Shown piece by piece: positions 48,009-56,724 of a stretch of 64,000 bases of DNA (within the stretch, counting starts at the first letter, position 1; every line of letters begins with the position of its first letter). The position numbers were made by a program, and so were the translations under genes. The stretch comes from Acutalibacteraceae bacterium. GTDB taxonomy: Bacteria; Bacillota; Clostridia; Oscillospirales; Acutalibacteraceae. Location: NCBI GenBank assembly GCA_045599305.1, contig JAZRVU010000103.1:173-64172 (forward strand), given 5' to 3'. The notes beneath the pieces were generated by a model. That model was not told the origin of the DNA, ran no database searches, and saw only the letters and a program-made list of their open reading frames with translations.

Positions 48009-48848
48009 ATGTTAGTCAATTTGCAGTATGTGTTGGATCTGGCGGAAAAAGGCAATTTCTGCATTCCCGCATTCAATGTTTACAACATGGAGACCGCCAT
48101 GGGCGTCGTCAAGGCGGCGGAAGAAATGCACGCCCCCATCATCATGCAGGTCTATCCGCGCCTGATGAAGGAGGAAGCGGGATATTTCCTGGCGCCCGTT
48201 GTCAAGGCGGCGGCCCAAAAGGCCGGCGTGCCGATCTGTTTCCATCTGGATCACGGGCCGTCGGAATTGGAGACCACCCGTTCACTGCGCTGGGGCGCGA
48301 CCGGTATCATGCTCGACGGGTCGACCCTGCCGTTTGAAGAAAACATCGCCCTCACCAAGCGGGTCGTCGATACCTGCAGCTATGTCGGCGTCGGCGTCGA
48401 GGGCGAGCTCGGCCACGTCGGCACGACCAAGGACGATGAGATGGACGAATTCACCACCCCCGCCGATGCCAAACGGTTCGTCGAAGAGACCGGCGTGGCC
48501 TGCCTTGCCGTTGCGGTCGGTACCGCACACGGCAGATACAAAAAGCCGCCGAAGCTCGATATCGAACGCATCGAAGCCATCCGCAAGGCCACGAACAATA
48601 CCGCCCTCGTTCTGCACGGCGGCTCGGGCGTTCCGGATGAGGAGATCCGTCGGGCAGTCAAGGCGGGCATCCGCAAGATGAATTTTGCCACCGACATCTG
48701 CTATGCGTTCCTCGACTGCTGTCTGGAAGAACTGCAAAAGCCCGATCGGGCCATCGCGGTGGACAACTTCATGAAGAAGCCGATCGAAGCGGTCAAAAAC
48801 TTCTGCATCACAAGGATCTCCCTTGTCGGTGCCGACGGAAAGGCGTAA
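48009..48848 (+). CDS. Class II ketose-bisphosphate aldolase (FbaA/GatY/KbaY/IolJ family)
   Basis: IPAFNVYNMET...APIIMQV...HLDHG...GVEGELG...HGGSG...KMNFATD. Confidence 0.85.
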   Translation: MLVNLQYVLDLAEKGNFCIPAFNVYNMETAMGVVKAAEEMHAPIIMQVYPRLMKEEAGYFLAPVVKAAAQKAGVPICFHLDHGPSELETTRSLRWGATGIMLDGSTLPFEENIALTKRVVDTCSYVGVGVEGELGHVGTTKDDEMDEFTTPADAKRFVEETGVACLAVAVGTAHGRYKKPPKLDIERIEAIRKATNNTALVLHGGSGVPDEEIRRAVKAGIRKMNFATDICYAFLDCCLEELQKPDRAIAVDNFMKKPIEAVKNFCITRISLVGADGKA

Positions 48849-48852
48849 AGTT

Positions 48853-49764
48853 ATGAACGAGATCGTAGGCATCGGCGCGTGCGTGATGGATACGCTCATC
48901 ACCGTTCCGCATTATCCTGCCGAGGACACCAAACTGCGTGCGACCGGCAGCAAGCCCGCCGGAGGCGGCCCCGTGGCAACGGGGCTCGTTGCCGCAAGCA
49001 AGCTGGGATGCGCGGCCGGCTATATCGGGGTACTGTCGGAGGACGCCGGCGGAAAATTTCTGATCGAAGATTTCAAAAAGTACGGTGTTTCGACCGAAAA
49101 CGTCACGACCGTTTCGGGCAGGCGCTCGTTCACCTCGGTGATCTGGCTGAGCGCCGAAACGACCAGCCGCACCTGTGTGTTCGACAAGGGCGATCTGCCG
49201 CCGCTCACCCTCACCGAAGCCCAGAAAGAGGCGATCGCAAACGCGAGACTCTTGATGATCGACGGCAACGAAATGGATGCCGCCGAGGAGGCGTGCCAAA
49301 TCGCCCGCCAGTCGGGCACCAAGGTGCTTTACGATGCCGGCGGACTGTATGCCGGGGTGGAACGGCTGCTTCCCCTTGCCGACTTCCTGATCCCCTCCAA
49401 AGAGTTCGCGCTCGGCCACACCGGCTGCCGCACGGTGGAAAAGGCCGCCGAAAAGCTTTACCGGACGTATTCCCCCGAAGCGGTAGTGATCACCTGCGGG
49501 AAAGACGGCGGCGTGCTGTACGACGGGAAAGAACTGTACCGCTATCCGATCTATCCCGCCGAAGTGGTGGATTCCAACGGCTCGGGCGATGTGTTCCACG
49601 GCGCGTTTGCCGCAGGCTTCATCAAAGGCTTCGACACCAGAAAGTGCTGCCATTTTTCGAGCGCCGTTTCGGGGCTCAAATGCACGGGCATCGGTGCACG
49701 AGAAAGCGTCCCCGCATTTGATACGGTCAAAAAATATATGAAGGAGAATGGTTATGAACTTTAA
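48853..49764 (+). CDS. PfkB family sugar (phosphate) kinase
   Basis: N-terminal IVGIGACVMD, GGGPVATG, and C-terminal DSNGSGDVFHGAF anion-hole motif. Start moved to ATG 48853. Confidence 0.85.
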   Translation: MNEIVGIGACVMDTLITVPHYPAEDTKLRATGSKPAGGGPVATGLVAASKLGCAAGYIGVLSEDAGGKFLIEDFKKYGVSTENVTTVSGRRSFTSVIWLSAETTSRTCVFDKGDLPPLTLTEAQKEAIANARLLMIDGNEMDAAEEACQIARQSGTKVLYDAGGLYAGVERLLPLADFLIPSKEFALGHTGCRTVEKAAEKLYRTYSPEAVVITCGKDGGVLYDGKELYRYPIYPAEVVDSNGSGDVFHGAFAAGFIKGFDTRKCCHFSSAVSGLKCTGIGARESVPAFDTVKKYMKENGYEL

Positions 49765-50548
49765 AAAGGCATACGTTCCCGCCAAAGGGTACACGCCGAT
49801 CTGCAAGATCGGTGAATGCTCCTTGAAGAAACTGGAATTCGGTATCATCGAATTGGATGCCGGCGAAACGCAGGATTTTTACACCGAAGACAAAGAGGTG
49901 GCCTTTATCCTGCTGGAAGGCCACTGTGACGTTGCTTTTGACGGACAAAAGTGGAAAGACATCGGTAACCGTCAAACGGTTTTCGAGAATCGCAAAGCGG
50001 AATGCTTCTATATGCCGCGTGAGCAGGAACTGCTGATCATCGCCCGCGACCATCTCAAGATCGCGGTCTGCGGCACGCCGGTCGCGGAAAAGACCGAGCC
50101 GCAGGTGCTGCGTGAAGATCATGCCGTACTGAAATTGCTGGGCGAGCCGCCGTATCAGCGCGAAACGAGTTTTCTTGTCGACGGAAATTCCAACGCCAAG
50201 GTGCTCACTATCGGCGAGGCCTACTGCACCGAGGGCAACTGGGCGGGCTTCCCGCCGCACAAGCACGACGAGGACAACATGCCCAAGGAGTGCATTGCCG
50301 AAGAGATCTACTATTTCCTGTTCGAGCCCAAGCAGGGCTTCGGTGTTCAGTGCCTTTACACCTCGGACGGCACGGTGGATGAAGCCTACCGCGTCAAAAA
50401 CGATGAATTGGTGGAATTTCCGTACGGATATCACACCACCGTATCGACCCCCGGCTATCAGACCTATTTCCTGTGGCTGATGGCGGGTGATTATCAGGGC
50501 TTCAACCGCAGCAGTGACCCCGAACATGAATGGATAGAAAAACGGTGA
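49754..50548 (+). CDS. KduI/IolB family cupin isomerase, IolB-like (5-deoxy-glucuronate isomerase-type)
   Basis: GNWAGFPPHKHDEDNMPKECIAEEIYYF resembles the IolB metal/cupin block; ~264 aa. Confidence 0.7.
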   Translation: MNFKKAYVPAKGYTPICKIGECSLKKLEFGIIELDAGETQDFYTEDKEVAFILLEGHCDVAFDGQKWKDIGNRQTVFENRKAECFYMPREQELLIIARDHLKIAVCGTPVAEKTEPQVLREDHAVLKLLGEPPYQRETSFLVDGNSNAKVLTIGEAYCTEGNWAGFPPHKHDEDNMPKECIAEEIYYFLFEPKQGFGVQCLYTSDGTVDEAYRVKNDELVEFPYGYHTTVSTPGYQTYFLWLMAGDYQGFNRSSDPEHEWIEKR

Positions 50549-50552
50549 TCCT

Positions 50553-50597
50553 GCGGGGGGGAGATATGCCGCCCGCATATCTCCCCCGCATTTTTTA
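50553..50597 (+). terminator. Intrinsic terminator-like hairpin inside the locus
   Basis: GCGGGGG(GG)AGATATGC-cgccc-GCATATCTCCCCCGC followed by ATTTTTTAC, between the IolB-like and DUF4867-like genes. Confidence 0.6.
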
Positions 50598-50617
50598 CAT
50601 AAAGGAAGGAAAGAACG

Positions 50618-51271
50618 ATGACATTTCAGGAATTGAAAGAGAAAAATCCGCAGATCGCACTCTACCCTGTCGACAGCGAAGAATTCCGGTCTTTCGGCCG
50701 GGTCCTGCAGGGCTTTGACGCGGCGGAAATTTTAAAGACGGCCAAAACCATTCCGGCTCCCGACAGCGGTTCGGTCTATGTCGCACGGGAGCCGCGCTTT
50801 GAAGACCTCGCCATCGCCAAGGAGATCACCGACCGCTGCTTCGGCGAACTGCCGACCCAGATCGGCTACTGCTGGGGACACAACAGCTTTTTGAACGCCA
50901 CCGAATGGCACACGTCGAGCGAGATCAACATTGCCATCACCCCGCTCGTGCTGGTTTTGGGGCATCGTTGGGACATCCGGGACGGGTGGATCGACGCCGC
51001 CGATTTCAAGGCGTTTTACCTGCCCGCGGGCACCGTGGCGGAGGTGTATGCCACCTCGCTGCATTTCTGCCCCTGTGAGGTGGAGCCGAGTGGGTTCGGC
51101 TGTGTGGTCGCGCTCCCCGAAGGCACCAACACGCCCCTTTCCGGCGAAGCGGCAGACAAACTGCTGTTCTGCAAGAACAAGTGGCTTCTGGCGCACTGCG
51201 AAAACACGGGTCTGATCGCGCGCGGCGCCGTTGCGGGCATCCGCGGTGTCAATTACCGAATCAACTATTGA
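50618..51271 (+). CDS. DUF4867-like protein (ureidoglycolate-lyase/cupin-like fold suspected)
   Basis: ~217 aa; the N-terminus ...LKEKNPQIALYPVDSEEFRSFGRVL matches my recollection of DUF4867 proteins found in sugar operons. Recognition from memory only. Confidence 0.5.
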   Translation: MTFQELKEKNPQIALYPVDSEEFRSFGRVLQGFDAAEILKTAKTIPAPDSGSVYVAREPRFEDLAIAKEITDRCFGELPTQIGYCWGHNSFLNATEWHTSSEINIAITPLVLVLGHRWDIRDGWIDAADFKAFYLPAGTVAEVYATSLHFCPCEVEPSGFGCVVALPEGTNTPLSGEAADKLLFCKNKWLLAHCENTGLIARGAVAGIRGVNYRINY

Positions 51272-51281
51272 GGGTACTGCT

Positions 51282-52751
51282 ATGAAATATCTGCTCGGCA
51301 TCGACTTCGGCGGCGGTTCTTCCAAAGCCACCCTTCTGAACACCGAAGGAAACATCGCTGCGGAAAGCACGGTGGAATATCCGACCCTGCATCCGACCTC
51401 GGACGGCTGCGAACAGTCCCCAGAAGACTGGATCGCGGCTCTGTGCCGGAACTGCCGCACCCTGCTCAAAGACTCCGGCATTTCTGCCGGGGATATTCTG
51501 GCAGTCGCCGTGGATTCGGCGACCCATACGAGTCTGGTGTGCGACGAAAACTTCAGGCCGCTGCGCCGTGCCATCCACTGGACCGATTCCCGCTCCCGCA
51601 CGCAGGCGAACCGTTTGCTCAGCGCCGCGGGCGAGCAGATCTTTCAAAAGACATTTCACAAACCCGACACCATCTGGACTTTGCCGCAGCTTTTATGGCT
51701 CAAAGAAAACGAGCCGGAGGTTTTCGAAAAGATCCGGTACCTCTTTTTTGAAAAGGATTTCATTCGCTTTTTCCTGACCGGCGTTTTCTGCACCGATTAT
51801 ATCGAAGCCGAGGGCTCCATGCTCTTCGACTGCAACAAGATGGCGTGGGATACCGAACTGTGCGTACTTTGCGGCATCCGTCCCGACTGCCTGCCGCCGC
51901 TCAAGGCACCGACCGATATCATCGGCAGGGTCACGAAAGCCGCGGCAAAAGAAACGGGGCTCGAAGAGGGCACCCCCGTTATCTGCGGCACGACCGACAC
52001 CGTCATGGAGGTCTTTGCCTCGGGTGCCGTGCAGCCGCAGGACGTCACGGTCAAGCTGGCCACGGCCGGACGGATCTGTGTCATCACCGACCGCCCCTAC
52101 CCTAACCGTCATCTGGTCAACTATTCCCACATCGCGCCGGGACTCTGGTACCCCGGCACCGCCACCAAAGCGGCGGCATCGAGTTACCGCTGGTTCCGCG
52201 ACACCTTCGGCGGGACTTACCGGGAGCTGGACGACCTGACAAAGGATATCCCCATCGGCTGCGAGGGGCTCATCTACCACCCGTATCTCAACGGCGAACT
52301 GACCCCCTATGCCGATCCGATGCTTTGCGGCAGCTTCACCGGCATCCGTTCGACCCACACCAAAGGACATTTTGCCAAGGCCGTTATGGAGGGCGTGAGC
52401 CTCTCCCTTCTGGACAGCAAGATCCTGCTTGACAGCATCGGTATCCCCTATCAGCCGCAGGCGACCCTCATCGGCGGCGGCTCCAAGGGCAGAAAATGGG
52501 CACAGATCACGGCAGATATGCTGGATATGGCCCTGCAGATCACCGAAAACGCCGATTCCTCATTCGGCTCATGCATGCTGGCGGGCATTGCCGTCGGCGT
52601 TTTTGCCGATGCGAAGGATGCCGTCGCGAAATGTGTCAAACCGTTGGACACCATCCGCCCCGTTTCCCGGAACACCGAGGCATATCACAAGATCTTCGGT
52701 GAATACAAAAAGATACACGATGCTTTGGCACCGATTTATGATGCAAGATGA
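51282..52751 (+). CDS. FGGY family carbohydrate kinase (xylulokinase-like)
   Basis: MKYLLGIDFGGGSSKATLL, ...HWTDSR..., C-terminal GGGSKG. Start moved to ATG 51282. Confidence 0.85.
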   Translation: MKYLLGIDFGGGSSKATLLNTEGNIAAESTVEYPTLHPTSDGCEQSPEDWIAALCRNCRTLLKDSGISAGDILAVAVDSATHTSLVCDENFRPLRRAIHWTDSRSRTQANRLLSAAGEQIFQKTFHKPDTIWTLPQLLWLKENEPEVFEKIRYLFFEKDFIRFFLTGVFCTDYIEAEGSMLFDCNKMAWDTELCVLCGIRPDCLPPLKAPTDIIGRVTKAAAKETGLEEGTPVICGTTDTVMEVFASGAVQPQDVTVKLATAGRICVITDRPYPNRHLVNYSHIAPGLWYPGTATKAAASSYRWFRDTFGGTYRELDDLTKDIPIGCEGLIYHPYLNGELTPYADPMLCGSFTGIRSTHTKGHFAKAVMEGVSLSLLDSKILLDSIGIPYQPQATLIGGGSKGRKWAQITADMLDMALQITENADSSFGSCMLAGIAVGVFADAKDAVAKCVKPLDTIRPVSRNTEAYHKIFGEYKKIHDALAPIYDAR

Positions 52752-54133
52752 AAATAACCGTATGTATTCGGCAGGGACAAGACGGTGAGATCAATCCGTT
52801 TGACGCCTGTGCCTATGAAGAAGCCCTGAAAATCCATAATGCGGAGATCACCCTTTTAAGCATGGGTGTCCCCGCGACCAAAGATTTTTTGCTGAAGCTG
52901 ACCCGTCTGGGTGCCGCAAACGCCGTTTTGCTGACCGATCCCGCCTTTGCGGGAGCCGACACACTGGCGACCGCGTATACGCTTTCGCTGGCGATCAGAC
53001 GGCTTGAGCCGGATCTGGTCTTTTGCGGGCGGCAAACGCTGATCGGCGATACGGCACAGACCGCACCGATGCTGGCGGAAATGATCGGCTATCACCTCAT
53101 CACCAATGCCATGTCGGTCACCTGCGCGCAGGAGCGCATCTGCTGCGAGACCCGCGATGAGGGAACGGTCTGCGCCGATTTTCCCGCACTGGTCACCGTG
53201 GAGCGCATCAACACGCTGCGTCTGCCGTCCATTTTCTCCAGGATCGGGACGGTCGAGACCCTGACGGCAGCCGATCTCGGCGCCGATCTGTCCCGATGCG
53301 GCCTCGCCGGCTCCCCGACAAGGGTGCTTGAAAGCCGGGAAAACCAGTCCGGCAAACGGAAATGCACCTTTATCGAACTGCACGAGTTGCCCGGGATCAT
53401 TCGGCAAAGCGCCGCCCGGGCGGCAACGCGCTCCGATTTCGTTTCGGGCAGCAGCGCCAAACTGAAGCGGGTCTTCACGGTCGGCACCGCGCCGCTCGGA
53501 TTTGCCCAAACGGTCAGCGATGATATCACGGTGATCGAGCCGACCTCAAAAGAGGAGATCGCCGCCGTCATCCGCCAAGAGAGACCGAACGCGGTTTTGT
53601 GGGGCAGTGACAGCAAAAGCAAACGCACGGCCGCACAGGTCGCCGCCATGCTCGGGCTGGGGCTGTGTGCCGACTGCACCTCCCTTGAAACCGACGGCGA
53701 CACTCTTTTCATGGTGCGCCCTGCCCTTTCGGGCAGCGTGATCGCCAAGATCAAAAGTCTGACCCGCCCCGCCATGGCGACGGTGCGCACCACGCAGAAC
53801 GGATTCAAGGACATCACGGTTTGTGTCGGGTACGGCGCAAAAGAGTATGTAAATCAGGTGACCGCCTTTGCCGAAAAACTCGGTGCCGATCTGGCAGCGA
53901 CCCGCAAAGCGGTAGACTGCGATCTGATACCCTACGCCTGCCAGGTCGGGCTGACGGGAAAGACCGTTGCCCCGCCCGTCTATATCGCGGTCGGCGTTTC
54001 GGGGGCAGTCCATCACCTGGTCGGTATGCAGAGAGCCGGCACGGTGATCGCCGTGAACAGCGACAAAAACGCGCCGATCTTCGACTATGCCGATTTCGGA
54101 CTTGTTTTGTCCGATTTGAGTAAACTTCTCTGA
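52748..54133 (+). CDS. Fused, shortened electron transfer flavoprotein (EtfB-like N-terminal half + EtfA-like C-terminal half)
   Basis: Residues 1-~200: MKITVCIRQ...INPFDACAYEEAL...FAGADTLATAYTL...CGRQTLIGDTAQTAPMLAE...GSPTRV (EtfB). Residues ~245-461: ...AAQVAAMLGLGLCADCTSLE...RPALSGSVIA...ATVR... and VYIAVGVSGAVHHLVGMQRAGTVIAVNSDKNAPIFDYADFGLV (EtfA FAD domain). ATGA overlap with the kinase stop. Confidence 0.8.
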   Translation: MKITVCIRQGQDGEINPFDACAYEEALKIHNAEITLLSMGVPATKDFLLKLTRLGAANAVLLTDPAFAGADTLATAYTLSLAIRRLEPDLVFCGRQTLIGDTAQTAPMLAEMIGYHLITNAMSVTCAQERICCETRDEGTVCADFPALVTVERINTLRLPSIFSRIGTVETLTAADLGADLSRCGLAGSPTRVLESRENQSGKRKCTFIELHELPGIIRQSAARAATRSDFVSGSSAKLKRVFTVGTAPLGFAQTVSDDITVIEPTSKEEIAAVIRQERPNAVLWGSDSKSKRTAAQVAAMLGLGLCADCTSLETDGDTLFMVRPALSGSVIAKIKSLTRPAMATVRTTQNGFKDITVCVGYGAKEYVNQVTAFAEKLGADLAATRKAVDCDLIPYACQVGLTGKTVAPPVYIAVGVSGAVHHLVGMQRAGTVIAVNSDKNAPIFDYADFGLVLSDLSKLL

Positions 54134-54137
54134 CAGG

Positions 54138-54188
54138 AAAACGGGTCAAAAGCAGGGTTCCCCCTGCTTTTGACCCGTTTGCGTTTTT
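54138..54188. terminator. Bidirectional terminator closing the locus
   Basis: 19-bp stem AAACGGGTCAAAAGCAGGG / CCCTGCTTTTGACCCGTTT followed by GCGTTTTTAT. Confidence 0.8.
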
Positions 54189-54190
54189 AT

Positions 54191-55390
54191 CTATGCCGCG
54201 TCCTTCTGTTCGTTTTCGCCCGCCACGCTTTGAGCCGTCTCCAGCATAGTCTCGGCAAAAATGGCATATCCCCTTGTCGGATCGTTCACCAGCACATGGG
54301 TGACGGCGCCCACCAGTTTGCCGTTTTGCACGATGGGGCTGCCGCTCATCCCCTGCACGATACCGCCGGTGCGGTGCAGCAATTCGGGATCGGTCACGGT
54401 GATATCCATGTCCTGCTCCCCGCCGCAGCGCACCTTGGTGATCTGCACATCGTACCACTGCGGACCGGTGTCATCCAGCGTACAGCACAGTTGTGCCGGG
54501 CCGGTCACCACCTCCTGCCGGGGTGCCACCGTGATCCACTCGCCTGTTTTTTGCGGCGCGCGCAGTCGACCGTAGACGCCGGTCGCGCCGTTGACGGTCA
54601 GCGTGCCGTAACAGGCGCCGTCGAAGCCGCCGCAGAGTTCGCCTGCGTCGCCGCTGACGCCGCGGGTGATGCTGTAGATGCGGGCCGGCACGATCTCACC
54701 GCTGGCGATCGGCAGTACCTCGCCGGTGTCGGCGTCACAGATGGGGTGACCCAGCCCGGCAAACGCGCCGGTCGCCGGCACGGTGAAGGTCACGGTACCG
54801 ATACCGGCAGAGCTGTCCCGCACCCAAAGCCCTGCCTTATACCGTCCTTCGCCCGCCGACATCACGGCCGCGAAACGCACCGTGGCCGTCACCCCGTCGC
54901 GCCGCACACGCAGCGTCATCGGCTGTCCGTTTGAACGCTCCACCAGTGCGGCCACCTCGCCCTTGGTGGTGACCGTCTGCCCGTTGATGCTCTCGATCAC
55001 GTCGCCCGCGCGGACGCCCGCATCCTGTGCCGGATGACGGCAGCCGCCGGCGGCGTCCACATCGGTGAGTCCCACCACCAGCACCCCGCTGGTGTAAAGT
55101 TTCATGCCGAACACCTCGCCGCCCAACAGCACTTCCATATCGTCTGCCCGGTGCACCGACACCTGCTTGACCGGAAAAACACCGAGCAATTTCACCGTGG
55201 CGCCGAACTCCGCCGCATCGGCCGCCACCGCTTCGCTTTCGGCCGTGAGCGGTGCCGACAGCCGCAGGCTGTCATCGCCGGCCACCACATACGCCGACGG
55301 CACCTGCGCGGCATAAAAACCGACACCGACCTGCACCGCCAGGCAAAGCGGTGTCAGCACCGCGCAAAGCCGCCGAAAAAATCCTTTCAT
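54191..55390 (-). CDS. spoIVB: SpoIVB peptidase (stage IV sporulation signalling serine protease, S55)
   Basis: PDZ-like segment (AGVRAGDVIESINGQTV) and catalytic-domain end GMSGSPIVQNGKLVGAVTHVLVNDPTRGYAIFAETM. Start moved to ATG 55390. Confidence 0.85.
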   Translation of the reverse strand: MKGFFRRLCAVLTPLCLAVQVGVGFYAAQVPSAYVVAGDDSLRLSAPLTAESEAVAADAAEFGATVKLLGVFPVKQVSVHRADDMEVLLGGEVFGMKLYTSGVLVVGLTDVDAAGGCRHPAQDAGVRAGDVIESINGQTVTTKGEVAALVERSNGQPMTLRVRRDGVTATVRFAAVMSAGEGRYKAGLWVRDSSAGIGTVTFTVPATGAFAGLGHPICDADTGEVLPIASGEIVPARIYSITRGVSGDAGELCGGFDGACYGTLTVNGATGVYGRLRAPQKTGEWITVAPRQEVVTGPAQLCCTLDDTGPQWYDVQITKVRCGGEQDMDITVTDPELLHRTGGIVQGMSGSPIVQNGKLVGAVTHVLVNDPTRGYAIFAETMLETAQSVAGENEQKDAA

Positions 55391-55542
55391 CTCTCCCTCG
55401 CCCCCTTTGTCCCGGCAGCGTTTTTTCAAAAAAAGACGATGTCAGGACAGGATTACTGTTCCACCGGCTGGCGCGGATATTTGTCGGTTTTGCAGGAAAC
55501 CGACGCAAAAAACGGCAGAGAGAAAATTTTTTTGAAAAAATT

Positions 55543-56724
55543 TCAGCCGATCTGCGCGCGCAGCGCCTCGGCCGGGTGCAGGGCCGCCGCACGGCGCGCG
55601 GGATACCACCCGAACACGCCGCCCAGCAGCACCGTGACCGTCCACACCAGACAGAGACGTCCCCACGGCATCACCGGCGTCAGCCCGAAAAGCGCCAGTC
55701 CGCCCGCCCCGACCGCCGCACCCACGACGATCCCGGCGGTGGCGCCGCCGGCCGCCAGAAGCAATGACTCGGTCAGAAATTCCGCCATGATGCGCCGATG
55801 GGTGGCGCCCAGTGCCTGCTTGATGCCGATTTCCCGCACCCGCTCGTTCACGGCAGTGAGCAGAGAGGTGAGCATCCCGGTGCCCGCCACCACCAGCGAC
55901 ACGGCGGAAACGGCGGTGAGCACCCAGCTCACCACGTCCAGTATACGCGTGAGGCGGCCGCGCTGGGCGGCCAGATCCTCCGCGGCAAAACGATCCGTCT
56001 CGCCGGTGCTGCGCTCCAGCGCGGCGATCACCTGCCGGCGCACCGTTTCGGTGCGGTCGTCCCCTGCCAGCTGCACGGCGATCTGAGTAAAGTTCTGCTT
56101 GCCGCTCACCTCCTGCAGGGTGGTATAGGGAAGATAGACCAGCCCCGAAAGATAGCCGCTGACGCTTTGCAGCAGGCTGCTGCCCGCCTTGGCCACGCCG
56201 ACCACCCGCAGGGTGAGGGTGGTCTCCCCCACCGACAGTGCCAGCGACCGCCCCACGGCATTGCTGCTGCCGTAGGCGGCAATGGCGACCGCCTCGTCCA
56301 CCACGCACACCGGTGCGCCGGCGCGGATATCGCTTTCGCGGAACAGCCGTCCGGCGGCGGTCTCCAGCGCCACCACCTGATGAGCGCCCGCGTCGATACC
56401 GCCGACATAGGCGGTAAAGGTGTAGTCGCCCAGCGTGCCCTGACCGCCCACCGTCACTAGCGGCATGGCCGCCTGCACGCCGTTCACCGACCGGATGGCG
56501 GACAGGCAATTTTCGTCCAGTATCTCGCCGGACACCGCCGAGACCGAGAGTCCCTGCAGCCCCATGCTCTGCAGTTCGCCGCTCACCGCATCCGCACCGG
56601 CGGCACCCACCAGCGTCACCAGTGTGACCATCCATACCCCGATGAGCACGCCCCCCGCCGTCAGCAGTGCCCGTCCACGGCGGCGGGCGATATGACGGCA
56701 GGCACTGCGGATCACCTCACCCAT
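55543..56724 (-). CDS. ABC transporter permease, FtsX/MacB type
   Basis: TM1, then a large extracytoplasmic domain, then three C-terminal TMs with the FtsX block ERVREIGIKQALGATHRRIMAEFLTESLLL. Confidence 0.85.
   Translation of the reverse strand: MGEVIRSACRHIARRRGRALLTAGGVLIGVWMVTLVTLVGAAGADAVSGELQSMGLQGLSVSAVSGEILDENCLSAIRSVNGVQAAMPLVTVGGQGTLGDYTFTAYVGGIDAGAHQVVALETAAGRLFRESDIRAGAPVCVVDEAVAIAAYGSSNAVGRSLALSVGETTLTLRVVGVAKAGSSLLQSVSGYLSGLVYLPYTTLQEVSGKQNFTQIAVQLAGDDRTETVRRQVIAALERSTGETDRFAAEDLAAQRGRLTRILDVVSWVLTAVSAVSLVVAGTGMLTSLLTAVNERVREIGIKQALGATHRRIMAEFLTESLLLAAGGATAGIVVGAAVGAGGLALFGLTPVMPWGRLCLVWTVTVLLGGVFGWYPARRAAALHPAEALRAQIG

Noticed and set aside
55391-55542. SigF/SigG-type forespore promoter upstream of spoIVB
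   Set aside because: One is expected biologically, but I could not find a convincing GCATA/GAATA -35 with a CATxxTA-type -10 at proper spacing. It is not reported as a feature.
55442-56635. 397-aa minus-strand ORF in a different frame from the FtsX permease
   Set aside because: It is an alternative frame on the same strand, with an extreme Arg/Gly/Ala composition. The 55543-56724 frame gives a canonical MacB/FtsX permease.
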